Both the position numbers and the translations under genes were made by a program. Of a stretch of DNA of 64,000 nucleotides, positions 9,502-19,854 are shown in pieces. Origin of the DNA: Alphaproteobacteria bacterium (GTDB lineage Bacteria > Pseudomonadota > Alphaproteobacteria > UBA6615). Under the pieces are notes generated by a model. That model worked only from the letters and a program-made list of their open reading frames with translations, was not told the origin of the DNA and made no database searches. Position 1 is the first letter of the stretch; each line of letters opens with the position of its first letter. Where the stretch lies: assembly GCA_002727315.1 (NCBI GenBank), contig PBWR01000007.1, positions 134,075-198,074 of the forward strand, given 5' to 3'.

Positions 9502-9972
9502 ATGACCCTGTTCGATTCCCAGCCCGCCGCAGAACCGTTTCTCGTCTACCCGGACTCCCCCCGAGCCCCGGTTACGACGCCCGGATAGAGTCCGGTGATT
9601 TCTTCTCGACCCTGCTCGACATCACCAACCCCCTGCAGCAAATCCCGGTAATTTCAGACCTCTACCGGGGAACCACGGGCGACGAGATCGAACCTGCTGG
9701 ACGAGTAGTGGGGGGGAGCGATTTTCGGCGGACCGATCGGGTTCGCGTCCGCCTCGGCCAATGTCCTGCTGGAACAAACATCCGGCGACGACGTGATGGG
9801 GGGCGCCCTGGCGCTGTTGTCCGACGATCCCGTCGAACCGGCCCCCGCCCGCACGCCAACCGTGCTGCCGCAGGAAGCGGGTGAAGCCGACACGCTGGAA
9901 CTGGCGCTGGCTGATGTCGTGGCCGAGGATATCGTCTGTGCCGAACCGCGCGTCTTGCCGACCCGGGTTTGA
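9502..9972 (+). pseudogene. Conserved hypothetical (NPLQ-IPV-YR-TGDEI motif protein) interrupted by two homopolymer frameshifts
   Basis: ATG 9502 is in frame 1, which stops at 9586. The middle part DFFSTLLDITNPLQQIPVISDLYRGTTGDEIEPAGRVVGG is in frame 0 and has no start codon. The tail AIFGGPIGFASASANVLLEQTSGDD...PTRV* is back in frame 1. The shifts coincide with a C6 run (9557-9562) and a G7 run (9710-9716). Confidence 0.55.
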
Positions 9973-10016
9973 GCGAGCGCCTCGCCCGGCCGTGCTGCCG
10001 AAGCTAGACTGCGGCC

Positions 10017-10529
10017 ATGGACCTGCTCGTCACACCATTGGATAGCCATCGCGGTCGCCTGCACGCCTTCGACGCGTCGTTCGCCTGTGCACTCGGCCGC
10101 AGCGGTGTTCGGGCCGGCAAGCAGGAGGGCGATGGCGCCACGCCGGCCGGCATCTTTGACTTGCGCGACATATACTTCCGCGAAGACCGGCTGGCATTGC
10201 CGCCCGTCGCGCTGCCCGCCCACCCGATCGCCACCGATGATGGCTGGTGCGACGACCCCGAATGCGGCGACTACAACCGGTTGGTCCGCCATCCCCATAC
10301 AGGATCGGCCGAGCGGCTTTGGCGCGAAGACGGCCTCTACGACATCCTGGTGGTACTGGGCCACAACGACGCGCCGCCGGTACCCGGACATGGCAGCGCT
10401 ATCTTCCTGCATTGCGCCAGCGAAGACCTTGGGCCAACCGAAGGCTGCGTCGCGCTGCCCAGAGACACGTTGCTGGAGCTGGGACAGAAGTTACGGCCCG
10501 GCGACCGGATCGAGATTCGAACGTCCTAG
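10017..10529 (+). CDS. L,D-transpeptidase (YkuD) family protein
   Basis: GSAIFLHCA...GPTEGCVAL matches the YkuD catalytic His/Cys arrangement. 170 aa. Its stop shares a CTAG with the convergent yggS stop. Confidence 0.7.
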   Translation: MDLLVTPLDSHRGRLHAFDASFACALGRSGVRAGKQEGDGATPAGIFDLRDIYFREDRLALPPVALPAHPIATDDGWCDDPECGDYNRLVRHPHTGSAERLWREDGLYDILVVLGHNDAPPVPGHGSAIFLHCASEDLGPTEGCVALPRDTLLELGQKLRPGDRIEIRTS

Positions 10530-11203
10530 TGTCGTGCTGCGCGCGCGCCGAACACGCCCGTGCCGACCCGGACATGAGTCGCACCGAGCTCCGCGGCGGC
10601 CTCATAGTCCGCCGACATACCCATGCTGAGACGGGACAGGCCGTTGCGCGCGGCGATCGCGCCCAGAAGGGCGAAATGGGGCGGCGCGGGCTGGTCGGCG
10701 GGCGGGATGCACATCAGCCCCTCGACCGGCAGCTCGAGCCCGCGGCACATTTCGACAAATCCATCGGCCGCATCCGGGGTCACACCGGCCTTCTGAGGCT
10801 CCTCGCCCGTGTTGATCTGGACGAAACAGCGCCGGATCAGTCCCGTCCGGTCAAATTCCCGGGCCAGATGCTCGGCCAGTTTCGGGCGGTCCAGGGTCTG
10901 GATGACATCGAACAGGCCAACCGCATCCTTGACCTTGTTGGTCTGCAGCGGCCCGACCAGGTGCAATTCGAGATCCCCCGCCTCGTCGCGGCGCGCTTGC
11001 CAGTGTGTCTGCGCCTCCTGAACCCGGCTCTCGCCAAACACGCGCTGGCCCGCGGCGAAAGCCGCCGTGATCCGCTCATCGGGCTGAGACTTGCTGATGG
11101 CCACCAGCGTAATGTTGGCCGGTGAGCGATCCGCGCGCGTGGCTGCATCGCGCAGGCGCCCGCGCACGACGTCGAGGTTCTGTCGTATCTCTGCTTCGAT
11201 CAT
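10526..11203 (-). CDS. yggS: YggS-family pyridoxal-phosphate homeostasis protein
   Basis: LVAISKSQP (PLP Lys), HLVGPLQTNKVK and SMGMSADYEAA motifs. Start taken at MIEAEIRQN (ATG 11203). Confidence 0.85.
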   Translation of the reverse strand: MIEAEIRQNLDVVRGRLRDAATRADRSPANITLVAISKSQPDERITAAFAAGQRVFGESRVQEAQTHWQARRDEAGDLELHLVGPLQTNKVKDAVGLFDVIQTLDRPKLAEHLAREFDRTGLIRRCFVQINTGEEPQKAGVTPDAADGFVEMCRGLELPVEGLMCIPPADQPAPPHFALLGAIAARNGLSRLSMGMSADYEAAAELGATHVRVGTGVFGARAARH

Positions 11204-11298
11204 CAGCTCAGTTTCCGCCGTCCGCCCCAACACGGCTCCGCGTGCGGCGATCGATCCAATTCGTTTCCCCGGCACTCACAAGCTACTATAACGAAGCT

Positions 11299-12507
11299 AT
11301 GTCAAAGCGAATCAAATCCTTTGCGGACCTGATCGCGCCGATCGGCGAAGACACGTTCTTCGCCGAATACCACGACCGCAAGCCGCTGCACATCAAGGCC
11401 CCCGCCGAAGACAAGCTCGATGACGTCATGAACTGGGATACGCTGACCGCGATTCTGAACATGACGGCCATCTGGAGCCCCCACAGCCTCAAGCTCTTCC
11501 TGGACACCAATCACATTCCGCCCGAAGAGTATTGCCACCAGGCCGTGGACCGGAACGGGCAGCAAAGCCTGCAGCCAGACGCCAAGATGGTGAAGAAATG
11601 GCTGCAACGGGGCGCCTCGATCGTCGCAAACGATATCGACACCCTGACGCCGGGCCTGATTTCCGCCGCCAACGCGCTTGAGCAATGTCTCGGCGGGAAG
11701 GTCCAGAGCAACCTCTATTGCTCATGGGATCAGCACCAGGCGTTCCCCACACACTTCGACACCCATGAGGTGTTTGCCCTGCACGTCGCCGGTGAGAAGG
11801 TGTGGCGAATCTATGAAGGCCGGATCGAAAACCCGATCGCCAGCGATGCGTTCAAGACGGTGGCAGAGGATTTCCACGAGAAGAACCGCGGCGAGGTGGC
11901 CGAAGAGGTGACCCTGCAGCCGGGTGACGTGCTCTACATCCCGCGCGGCCAGTACCATGACGCGTTGGCGTCCAGCGAAGGCTGCATTCACCTGTCCTTC
12001 GGCGTGACCCATATTATCGGCTTTGACGTAATGTCCCTGCTGTTTGAACGCGCGATGGCAGATCCCGCGTTCCGCCAAAACATTCCGTTGCCCGAGAAAG
12101 GCGATGCCGCACGTCAGGCCTGGCTCGACAATCTCGTGGATAAACTCGCGGAAACCGGGCGAAGTGAGGAGTTCCGGGCCTCGGTAGACCCCATGCGTGA
12201 GGCCTTCCAGCATCACCGCGGCGGCCTCGATCTTCCCGGCGACGCACTGGGCAGCAGCGGCGATGACTGGTTCCGGGTCACCGCGAAGGACTTCAAGGTT
12301 GCCCGCCAGAACGGCCAGGTGCTGCTCGAAGGCGCAAAGGGAAGCGTACCGATCCCCGAAACAGTGATCGATCCGGTGTCTTGGATCGTCGAACAAGGCG
12401 AATTCTCCAGCAGCGACCTCGCCAAGGCCTTTCCGTTGATCAAACCGGCTGTCCACACCAAATTGATTGAGGATCTGGCATCAATGAGCGTTATTGTGCC
12501 CATTTAG
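11299..12507 (+). CDS. JmjC/cupin-4 domain protein (RoxA/YcfD-like ribosomal oxygenase family)
   Basis: MSKRIKSFADLIAPIGEDTFFAEYHDRKPLHI; an HxD facial-triad candidate in FPTHFDTHEVFALHVAGEKVWRIY and a distal His in CIHLSFG. 402 aa. Confidence 0.65.
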   Translation: MSKRIKSFADLIAPIGEDTFFAEYHDRKPLHIKAPAEDKLDDVMNWDTLTAILNMTAIWSPHSLKLFLDTNHIPPEEYCHQAVDRNGQQSLQPDAKMVKKWLQRGASIVANDIDTLTPGLISAANALEQCLGGKVQSNLYCSWDQHQAFPTHFDTHEVFALHVAGEKVWRIYEGRIENPIASDAFKTVAEDFHEKNRGEVAEEVTLQPGDVLYIPRGQYHDALASSEGCIHLSFGVTHIIGFDVMSLLFERAMADPAFRQNIPLPEKGDAARQAWLDNLVDKLAETGRSEEFRASVDPMREAFQHHRGGLDLPGDALGSSGDDWFRVTAKDFKVARQNGQVLLEGAKGSVPIPETVIDPVSWIVEQGEFSSSDLAKAFPLIKPAVHTKLIEDLASMSVIVPI

Positions 12508-12843
12508 GCCTAATTATTCTACTGTTTTCAACAGGTTAGGGCGTTTTTGGCAGAGAGTTGCGACCCCGAACGCCCTCTTGTCGGAGTCAGAGAATCGATC
12601 CCAACAGAATCTCCGGTTTTCCAGCGACTTAACGACTGTTGTCATTTTGCAACAATATGCGGAATTCGTGGCGGAATAATCACGGAATCCGTTGCAACAC
12701 CCGGAAATGCAGAGTTTTATCGGTTCAAGGCTTCGCAACAGGAGTCTGGCGTCCGCGAAAGCGCCAGTTGTATCGGAGCTGAAGAGACCCTTTTTTGGGG
12801 TCACATCGCGGACGCAAGTCCATGATCATGGAGGTTGGAAAAC

Positions 12844-14013
12844 ATGAAAAAGACACTTCTTGCCAGTACAGCTCTGGTTGGTGCAGCCCTGATGGCAGCA
12901 CCGGCAAGCGCTGGCACGGTCGGTTCGAAGGACGCGCTCAATGTTTCTCTCGGCGGTACCCTTTGGTTCGCTGTTGTGATGAAGGATGAGGACGTCTCTG
13001 CGGGTCAGGGCCGTGGTTACCGTTTCACGGTCAACGAAAGCGAAGTACACGTCAAAGCATCGAACACCGCTGACAACGGCATCAAGTACGGCGTCGCCAT
13101 TGAGTTGAACGGTGGTGGCAATGACGGGACGGCGGCTGACGAGGCACACGCATTCATCTCCAGCAAGAGCTGGGGCCGGATCGAGTTGGGTGACAACGAC
13201 GATGTCACCAACCGCATGCAGCTCGGTGCATGGAATGCTCATAAGGGCCTTGGCGGACCGTTTGGTGGTCTGGGCATGCTCGTTACGGGTTGGGGCGGCG
13301 TCGGTAGCGACACCCTTCAGGCTCGTGCCGACTGGCAGGTCCTGACGACTTCGGATACCACTAAGGTCAGCTACTTCTCGCCGCGTTTCAGTGGCTTCCA
13401 GGTTGGTGCCTCGCTGACCCCGGATACCGGTGTGAACTCGGCCTCTCTGGGTGATACCGATAACGATGGCGACGAAGAGAACGTTATTGGTCTCGCTGCC
13501 AACTACGTTGGCAAGTTTGACGATGTCAGCATCGGTCTCTCCGCCCAGATGGAGAACGGTACCGGCGAATCCGCTTCGGGTTCGGCTGCCGTCCAGGAAG
13601 ATCTTTCGGTCTGGGGCGTTGGCGGTAATATCGGGTTCGGTGGCTTTAAAATCGGCGCTCACTATCGTGACCTCGGTGACACCTTCCTGACCACGGCCCT
13701 GACGGCCGCGGGTGCGGATTCCGGTAGCCTATGGGCCGTTGCTGTTGGTTATCAGGCCGGCCCTTGGGGCGTCAGCGCCTGGTACCACGAAGGAACCAAG
13801 GACAACAGCACCACCGCTTCGGCAGCTGGCGCACTCGAAACCACGGTTGAACGCCTTGGCTTCGGTGCGGGCTACACGGTTGCTCCGGGCTGGTTGTTGC
13901 GTGCGGACCTCGAGTTCCTTAATCACGAAAATGCCACGACTGCGGCGGGTACCGGCGCAACGACGGACAATGATGGTACGGCGTTCTTGCTCACCAACAT
14001 GTTCTTCTTCTAG
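12844..14013 (+). CDS. Outer-membrane porin (alphaproteobacterial general porin type)
   Basis: Signal peptide MKKTLLASTALVGAALMAAPASA, Gly/Asp/Thr-rich alternating beta-strand composition, and a C-terminal ...LLTNMFFF with terminal Phe. GGAGG RBS at 12829-12833. Confidence 0.85.
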   Translation: MKKTLLASTALVGAALMAAPASAGTVGSKDALNVSLGGTLWFAVVMKDEDVSAGQGRGYRFTVNESEVHVKASNTADNGIKYGVAIELNGGGNDGTAADEAHAFISSKSWGRIELGDNDDVTNRMQLGAWNAHKGLGGPFGGLGMLVTGWGGVGSDTLQARADWQVLTTSDTTKVSYFSPRFSGFQVGASLTPDTGVNSASLGDTDNDGDEENVIGLAANYVGKFDDVSIGLSAQMENGTGESASGSAAVQEDLSVWGVGGNIGFGGFKIGAHYRDLGDTFLTTALTAAGADSGSLWAVAVGYQAGPWGVSAWYHEGTKDNSTTASAAGALETTVERLGFGAGYTVAPGWLLRADLEFLNHENATTAAGTGATTDNDGTAFLLTNMFFF

Positions 14014-14038
14014 ACTGACTTTCAGTTCGAAGAGAAGC

Positions 14039-14070
14039 AGGGCGGCAGTTTTCTGCCGCCCTGTTTTTTT
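14039..14070 (+). terminator. Rho-independent terminator after the porin gene
   Basis: The 10-nt arms CAGGGCGGCA and TGCCGCCCTG pair perfectly across a GTTTTC loop (14039-14063) and are followed by TTTTTTT (14064-14070). Confidence 0.85.
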
Positions 14071-14154
14071 GTGCCCGATTCTCTGCTAATGATTTGCTGA
14101 CTAGATTCGAAAAAACGCTGATTGCCTGAAGCAGCCGAAACCGGATTCGAAACA

Positions 14155-14667
14155 ATGATCACTAAAAGCGCCTTTCGTGTCATCGTCGCCGTCGCCATGC
14201 TTGGGCTGACAGCTTGCGCGGGCTTCGAGTCGGAACGCGCCGATGCGGACGGGTTCGACGACAAGCTTAAGAAGAACAGCGGCAAACTGTTCGGCGACAT
14301 CAATCTTGTCGGCGGACCCGATGATGAGCAGACTAATTCCGGGATCGGCGTGAACGGCTTCCTGTGGCGGGCCTCACTCGACACCCTTTCCTTCCTGCCG
14401 CTGTCTTCGGCTGACCCGTTCGGCGGCGTTATCATCACGGACTGGTATGCGCCCCCGGAAAGCCCGGAGGAACGTTTCAAGGTCACGGTCTACATCCTTG
14501 GTCGCGAGTTGCGTGCGGACGGTGTCCGGGTCGCAGTATTCCGGCAGAAGCGGGACAACAGGTCTGACTGGGCCGACGCGAATACCGGCGAAGGCACCTC
14601 CACCAGCCTCGAAAACGCGATCCTTACACGGGCGCGCGAACTCCGGGTTTCCCGGGGCGACGAATAG
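14155..14667 (+). CDS. DUF3576 domain-containing lipoprotein
   Basis: Lipobox MITKSAFRVIVAVAMLGLTAC, with GVNGFLWRASLDTLSFLP and ERFKVTVYI motifs. As I recall it, this family commonly sits upstream of leuS in Alphaproteobacteria. Confidence 0.75.
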   Translation: MITKSAFRVIVAVAMLGLTACAGFESERADADGFDDKLKKNSGKLFGDINLVGGPDDEQTNSGIGVNGFLWRASLDTLSFLPLSSADPFGGVIITDWYAPPESPEERFKVTVYILGRELRADGVRVAVFRQKRDNRSDWADANTGEGTSTSLENAILTRARELRVSRGDE

Positions 14668-14762
14668 GCGGAACCGCTCACGCACCGTAAACACCGGCCG
14701 CCCAGACGGTCACCCTGAACGGCCGCGCCTGATTGTCGATGGCGCCGAAAGAGTCTCCGGCC

Positions 14763-17333
14763 ATGTCAGAACGTTACAATTTCCGCGACGCCGAACAGAA
14801 ATGGCAAGCAACCTGGTCCGAACGCGGCACCTTCGCCGCGCAGACCGATCCGTCACGCGACAAGTACTATGTGCTGGAAATGTTTCCCTATCCCTCCGGG
14901 CGCATCCATATGGGACATCTTCGCTGCTACACGCTCGGCGACGTGGTCGCGCGCTACAAGCGCGCCCAGGGTTACAACGTGCTGCACCCGATGGGTTGGG
15001 ACGCGTTCGGGCTCCCGGCCGAAAACGCCGCCATGGAAAAGGGCGTTCATCCTGCATCCTGGACCTACGAAAACATCGCGACCATGCGCGAGCAGCTGCA
15101 GGCAATGGGGCTCTCCATCGACTGGGAGCGCGAGATCGCGACCTGCGACCCCGACTATTACAGGCACGAACAGACGATGTTCGTCGATTTCCTGAAAAAG
15201 GATCTGGTCTACCGGCAGGACGGCTGGGTGAACTGGGATCCGGTCGATCAGACCGTGCTGGCCAACGAGCAGGTGATCGATGGCAAGGGCTGGCGCTCGG
15301 GCGCACTGATCGAGCGGCGCCGACTGTCGCAATGGTTCTGCCGCATCACCGCGTTCAGCGACGAGTTGCTGAGCGCGCTGGACACGCTGGATCGTTGGCC
15401 GCCCAAGGTCCGGGCGATGCAGGAGAACTGGATCTGCCGTTCGGAGGGGGCCTATATCGAGTTCGCGTTCACGGACGGCCGGGAGACACCGCTGCGGGTC
15501 TACACGACCCGCCCCGATACGATCTTCGGCGCAAGTTTCTGCGCCATCGCAGCGGACCATCCGCTGGCCGAGGAACTGGCAGCCAGCGACCCCGGGGCGG
15601 CGGCCTTCATCGAGGAATGCCGCCAGCTCGGCACCAGCGAGGAAGCGATCCAGACCGCGGATAAGCGCGGCTACGACACCGGCCTGCGGGTCAAAAATCC
15701 GTTCGCGGACGGAATCGAACTTCCGGTCTACATCGCCAACTTCGTTCTCATGGGTTACGGCACCGGCGCCATCTTCGGCTGCCCCGCCCACGACCAGCGC
15801 GATCTGGATTTTGCGCGAACCTATGACCTGCCGGTTCTGCCGGTCGTCGTTCCCGAGGGGACATCGCCCGACGCGTTCGATATCGGCAACGAAGCCTTCA
15901 CCGACGACGGCAAACTCGCCAATTCGGACTTCCTCGACGGGTTGGATGTAGACGCCAGCAAACGTGCCGTCATCGATCGCCTCGAGGCGACCGGGCAGGG
16001 CGAGGGCGCCATCAATTATCGGCTGCGCGACTGGCTGGTCTCGCGGCAACGCTACTGGGGCTGCCCGATACCAGTCGTGCATTGCGAATCGTGCGGCGGC
16101 GTGCCGGTGCCGAAGGATCAGTTGCCGGTCGTCCTGCCGGACGATATCGACTTCGAATCGCCGGGCAACCCGCTCGATCGGCACCCGAGTTGGAAACATG
16201 TGGACTGCCCGTCCTGCGGCAAGCCCGCGGTACGTGACACGGACACGTTCGACACGTTCATGGATTCGTCCTGGTATTTCGCCAGGTTCTGTTCGCCCGA
16301 ATCCGACACGCCGATCGATGACGGTGATGCCCGCTACTGGCTGCCGGTCGACCAGTATATCGGCGGCATCGAGCACGCCATCCTGCACCTGCTGTATTCC
16401 CGCTTCTTCATGCGTGCGATGCGCGACACGAACCACCCGACGCCGGACGAGCCCTTCGCGGGCCTGTTCACCCAGGGCATGGTGAACCATGCGACGTTCC
16501 GCGACGATGCGGGCGAGTGGCTGGAGCCGCAACGCATCGGGCAGGACGAAAGCGGCGCCCATGTGCGCGCCGACACTGGTGCGCCGGTCACCGTCGGTCG
16601 AATCGAGAAGATGTCGAAGTCGAAGAAGAACACGGTCGACCCGACCGATGTGATCGCCGACTACGGTGCGGACACGGCACGCTGGTTCATTCTCTCCGAC
16701 AGCCCGCCCGACCGTGACATGGAGTGGACGGATGCCGGCGTGCAGGGCGCGTTCCGTTTCGTCAACCGGATCGCCCGCCTGATCCTCGACAATCTCGAGG
16801 CACTTCCGGCGCCGGGCGCCGATCCGGCATCGGCGCAAGACGAGCCGTCGGTCGATCTGCGCCGCGAAGTCCACAAGACCGTTTCGGATGTCACAGAGGA
16901 TCTCGAGCGGTTCCAATTCAACCGCGCCGTGGCCCGGCTGTACGAAGCGACCAACACGATCTCCGCCGCGGTGAAGACGGCGAACGTGTCGGGCGAAGCA
17001 TTGCGCGAGGCGCTGGAGATCCAGGTTCGGCTGATCGGCCCGATGATGCCGCATTTCGGCGAGGAGATGTGGAAGGCGTTGGGCCGGGAAACCCTGCTCA
17101 GCGACGAGCCGTGGCCGGTTGCCGACGAAAGCCTGCTCGTCGCCGATACCGTAACGCTGGCGATCCAGGTAAACGGCAAGCTGCGCGGTACGGTCGACCT
17201 GGCCGCCGGTGCTGATCAGCCGAGCGCGGAAGCGGCCGCCCGGGCAGTGCGGAATGTTGCAGATTCCCTCGGTGACAGCGACATCCGGAAGGTGATTTAC
17301 GTTCCCGACAAGCTGGTGAACTTCGTTGTCTAG
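14763..17333 (+). CDS. leuS: Leucine--tRNA ligase
   Basis: [15 protein letters not shown]..., HMGH (HIGH) motif in [11 protein letters not shown], and KMSKS motif at EKMSKSKKN. About 856 aa. Confidence 0.97.
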   Translation: MSERYNFRDAEQKWQATWSERGTFAAQTDPSRDKYYVLEMFPYPSGRIHMGHLRCYTLGDVVARYKRAQGYNVLHPMGWDAFGLPAENAAMEKGVHPASWTYENIATMREQLQAMGLSIDWEREIATCDPDYYRHEQTMFVDFLKKDLVYRQDGWVNWDPVDQTVLANEQVIDGKGWRSGALIERRRLSQWFCRITAFSDELLSALDTLDRWPPKVRAMQENWICRSEGAYIEFAFTDGRETPLRVYTTRPDTIFGASFCAIAADHPLAEELAASDPGAAAFIEECRQLGTSEEAIQTADKRGYDTGLRVKNPFADGIELPVYIANFVLMGYGTGAIFGCPAHDQRDLDFARTYDLPVLPVVVPEGTSPDAFDIGNEAFTDDGKLANSDFLDGLDVDASKRAVIDRLEATGQGEGAINYRLRDWLVSRQRYWGCPIPVVHCESCGGVPVPKDQLPVVLPDDIDFESPGNPLDRHPSWKHVDCPSCGKPAVRDTDTFDTFMDSSWYFARFCSPESDTPIDDGDARYWLPVDQYIGGIEHAILHLLYSRFFMRAMRDTNHPTPDEPFAGLFTQGMVNHATFRDDAGEWLEPQRIGQDESGAHVRADTGAPVTVGRIEKMSKSKKNTVDPTDVIADYGADTARWFILSDSPPDRDMEWTDAGVQGAFRFVNRIARLILDNLEALPAPGADPASAQDEPSVDLRREVHKTVSDVTEDLERFQFNRAVARLYEATNTISAAVKTANVSGEALREALEIQVRLIGPMMPHFGEEMWKALGRETLLSDEPWPVADESLLVADTVTLAIQVNGKLRGTVDLAAGADQPSAEAAARAVRNVADSLGDSDIRKVIYVPDKLVNFVV

Positions 17334-17850
17334 GCTACGAGCGGCCGTCGTGATTGCCAGCTTCGGGCTGGCCGCATGCGGGTTCGAGCCGCTGTACGGC
17401 GAGCGAGGATCGGAGCCCGCGACCGAAGAGGTGCTTGCCTATGTGCAGGTGCCCCCGATCGCCGACCGGGTCGGCCAGCTTGTGCGCATCGAGCTGATGA
17501 ACCGCATGACGCCGGCCAATCCGCTCAAGCCGCTCTACGTACTGGAAGTCGGACTGAGCGAAGGTCAGAAGAGCCTGGCGGTTCGCCGGGACGCCAGCAC
17601 CACGCGGGCCAACCTCATTCTCAGTGCGAGCTTTTCACTGAAACGTGCCGACGACGGCGCGAAGATCATGGGCGGGAGCGCACGCTCGGTGAACGGCTAC
17701 GATGTCCTGACGTCGGATTTTGCGACCTTCGCCGCCGAAACCGACGCGCGCAAGCGTGGTGCGAAGGATATCGCCGACCGGATCGTCGAGCGGGTGTCGA
17801 TTTTCCTTTCCCGCCCAGCAAACCGCGTCGTGAGCACTCCCCAGCGATGA
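17326..17850 (+). CDS. lptE: LPS-assembly lipoprotein LptE
   Basis: TTG start overlapping the leuS stop. Lipobox [11 protein letters not shown]. Sits in the conserved leuS-lptE-holA order. Confidence 0.75.
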   Translation: MSRLRAAVVIASFGLAACGFEPLYGERGSEPATEEVLAYVQVPPIADRVGQLVRIELMNRMTPANPLKPLYVLEVGLSEGQKSLAVRRDASTTRANLILSASFSLKRADDGAKIMGGSARSVNGYDVLTSDFATFAAETDARKRGAKDIADRIVERVSIFLSRPANRVVSTPQR

Positions 17851-18884
17851 AGGTATCGGCCGGACGCGTCGACGGCTTTGTCGCCAATCCCGATCCCGAC
17901 ATCGTCGCCTGCCTGGTCTACGGCCCCAATACCGGCCTCGTACGCGAACGTTGCGACACCCTGGCCGATCACGTCCTCGATGATCCCAAAGATCCGTTTC
18001 GCGCGGCCGAGCTGACGATGGCCAGCCTGGGCGACAATCCGGCGCGACTGGCCGACGAGCTTCTGGCGATGACGTTCGACGGCGGCCAGCGGCTGATTGT
18101 CCTGCGGGACGCGACCGACAGCCTGACCAAGATACTCGAGGCGGCCCTGGACACCGCCGGTGAAACCCGGATCAATGCGCTCCTGGCGATCGAGGCTGGC
18201 AGCCTTTCCGGACGGTCCAGCCTCCGAAAACTGTGCGAGTCGCGGAACGACTGCGCGGCGTTGCCCTGCTACGCCGACGAGGAACAATCGCGCGCCGAGG
18301 TATCCAGACGGATGCTCAAAGAGGCCGGCATCGCGATCGAGCCCGACGCGCTGCGCACCCTGACCGGGTATCTGGGAGAGGACCGGCTGTCGAACCGGCG
18401 CGAGATCGAAAAACTGATCCTCTTCGTGGGACGCGAGGGAACGGCCACGGAGGTCGATGTTCAGGCCGCAGTGGGTGATATCGGCGTTTCGTCGATGGAC
18501 GACACCGTTTTTGCGGCGGCCGACGGCGATCTTCGACAACTCGACCATGCCATCGAACGGTTCTGGGCCGAAGGTGGCGAGCCCGTCGGCCTGATCCGGG
18601 CCAACCAAAGGCATTTCCAACGCCTGCATCGGGTCGTGGGATCCATGGAAGGGGGTACGCGGTACGAAGAAGCGGCAAAACGGCTCCGACCGCCGGTGTT
18701 CTGGAAACATTCGGACCGGTTTCAGGCCCAGGCCCGGGCCTGGTCACGCAGCCAGATTGAGCTCGCACTCGCCCGGCTGAGCGAAGCGGAACTGGTCCTC
18801 AAGTCGACCGGCGTCCCCGGCCAGGCGGCCTGCGGACGTACACTGTACGCAGTCGCCAGCATGAGGCGTACGCGCGCGGCCTAA
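17847..18884 (+). CDS. holA: DNA polymerase III subunit delta
   Basis: ATGA overlap with lptE. About 345 aa, N-terminus [32 protein letters not shown] is typical of HolA. Synteny supports the call. Confidence 0.8.
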   Translation: MKVSAGRVDGFVANPDPDIVACLVYGPNTGLVRERCDTLADHVLDDPKDPFRAAELTMASLGDNPARLADELLAMTFDGGQRLIVLRDATDSLTKILEAALDTAGETRINALLAIEAGSLSGRSSLRKLCESRNDCAALPCYADEEQSRAEVSRRMLKEAGIAIEPDALRTLTGYLGEDRLSNRREIEKLILFVGREGTATEVDVQAAVGDIGVSSMDDTVFAAADGDLRQLDHAIERFWAEGGEPVGLIRANQRHFQRLHRVVGSMEGGTRYEEAAKRLRPPVFWKHSDRFQAQARAWSRSQIELALARLSEAELVLKSTGVPGQAACGRTLYAVASMRRTRAA

Positions 18885-18894
18885 GCATTAATAA

Positions 18895-19854
18895 TTAAAC
18901 GATCTTTTTGATTTCTGGGACTCCGACCGAATCTTCCGGCGCCGGATCATGCGCGGCCATACCCGAGGGGCCGGCCGGCTGGTTCAGGCGCGTCAGGATA
19001 TCGTCGAGCTGATCGAAACTCTTGTATTCGATGGCGATGGTGCCGCGGCCGGAACGCTCGTCGCCCTTGGCGTTGATGGCGACCTTGAGTCCGATGGCAT
19101 CGCTGACGTCGCGTTCAAGCGCCAGTGTATCAGCGCTTTTCTGCGGTTTTATGGGACGCACCGTCTTCGATCCGGATTTCTTGCTCACCCGGTTCTCGAT
19201 ATCGCGCACGGTCATCCCGTCCCGGGCGATTTCGCGGGCCAGCGTGACCGCATCTTCGCGGCCGACGAGCGCTCGGGCATGTCCGGCGGTCAGATCACCG
19301 CGATCGACCATTTCGCGCACCTCCTCGGCCAGGCTCAGAAGCCGAAGAAGGTTGGCCACATGGCTGCGGCTCTTGCCCACCGCGTTGGCCAGCGCGTCCT
19401 GGGTGTGGGCGAAATGGTCCATCAGGCGCTGATAACCCTCGGCCTCTTCGATCGGCGAGAGGTCTTCGCGCTGGATGTTCTCGATCAGCGCTACTTCAAG
19501 GGCCGCGCGATCGTCGAGCTCGCGGATGATCACCGGGACTTCGTGGAGCTGCGCCTTCTGGGCGGCGCGCCAGCGGCGCTCACCGGCGATGATTTCGTAT
19601 AGATCTTCCTGGACCGGATCCCGGCGCACCAGGATCGGCTGCAGGATTCCCTTGGCCCGGATCGATTCGACCAGCGCGTTCAGCTCGTCTTCGTCGAAAC
19701 GACTGCGCGGCTGGAAACGGCCCGGATGCAGCTGTTCGATCGGCAATTCCCGGCCGGGCTTGGCTTTTCCCAGTTCCTGGTAGTCATCGGCGTCGTCACC
19801 CAAAAGGGCGGACAGGCCCCGGCCGAGCCGCGGCCGGGAAGAGGATTCGCTCAT
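18895..19854 (-). CDS. parB: Chromosome partitioning protein ParB
   Basis: LGRGLSALL, QPRSRFDEDELNALVESI, GILQPILVR and IAGERRWRAA (ParB box) motifs. Overlaps the parA stop. Confidence 0.95.
   Translation of the reverse strand: MSESSSRPRLGRGLSALLGDDADDYQELGKAKPGRELPIEQLHPGRFQPRSRFDEDELNALVESIRAKGILQPILVRRDPVQEDLYEIIAGERRWRAAQKAQLHEVPVIIRELDDRAALEVALIENIQREDLSPIEEAEGYQRLMDHFAHTQDALANAVGKSRSHVANLLRLLSLAEEVREMVDRGDLTAGHARALVGREDAVTLAREIARDGMTVRDIENRVSKKSGSKTVRPIKPQKSADTLALERDVSDAIGLKVAINAKGDERSGRGTIAIEYKSFDQLDDILTRLNQPAGPSGMAAHDPAPEDSVGVPEIKKIV

Noticed and set aside
9654-10412. 252-aa minus-strand ORF overlapping the frameshifted gene and the L,D-transpeptidase gene
   Set aside because: The translation is low complexity (Ala/Ser/Gly/Arg). 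The opposite strand encodes recognisable proteins, including the YkuD motif.
10526-10529. 4-nt overlap of convergent L,D-transpeptidase and yggS stop codons (CTAG)
   Set aside because: It is real in the sequence, but tail-to-tail overlaps via a palindromic stop are common in compact high-GC genomes. It is not evidence of special regulation.
14853-17054. 733-aa ORF on the minus strand
   Set aside because: It lies entirely antisense to leuS, whose identity is unambiguous (HIGH/KMSKS motifs). Its Arg/Gly/Ala/Pro-rich composition is typical of shadow ORFs in high-GC DNA.
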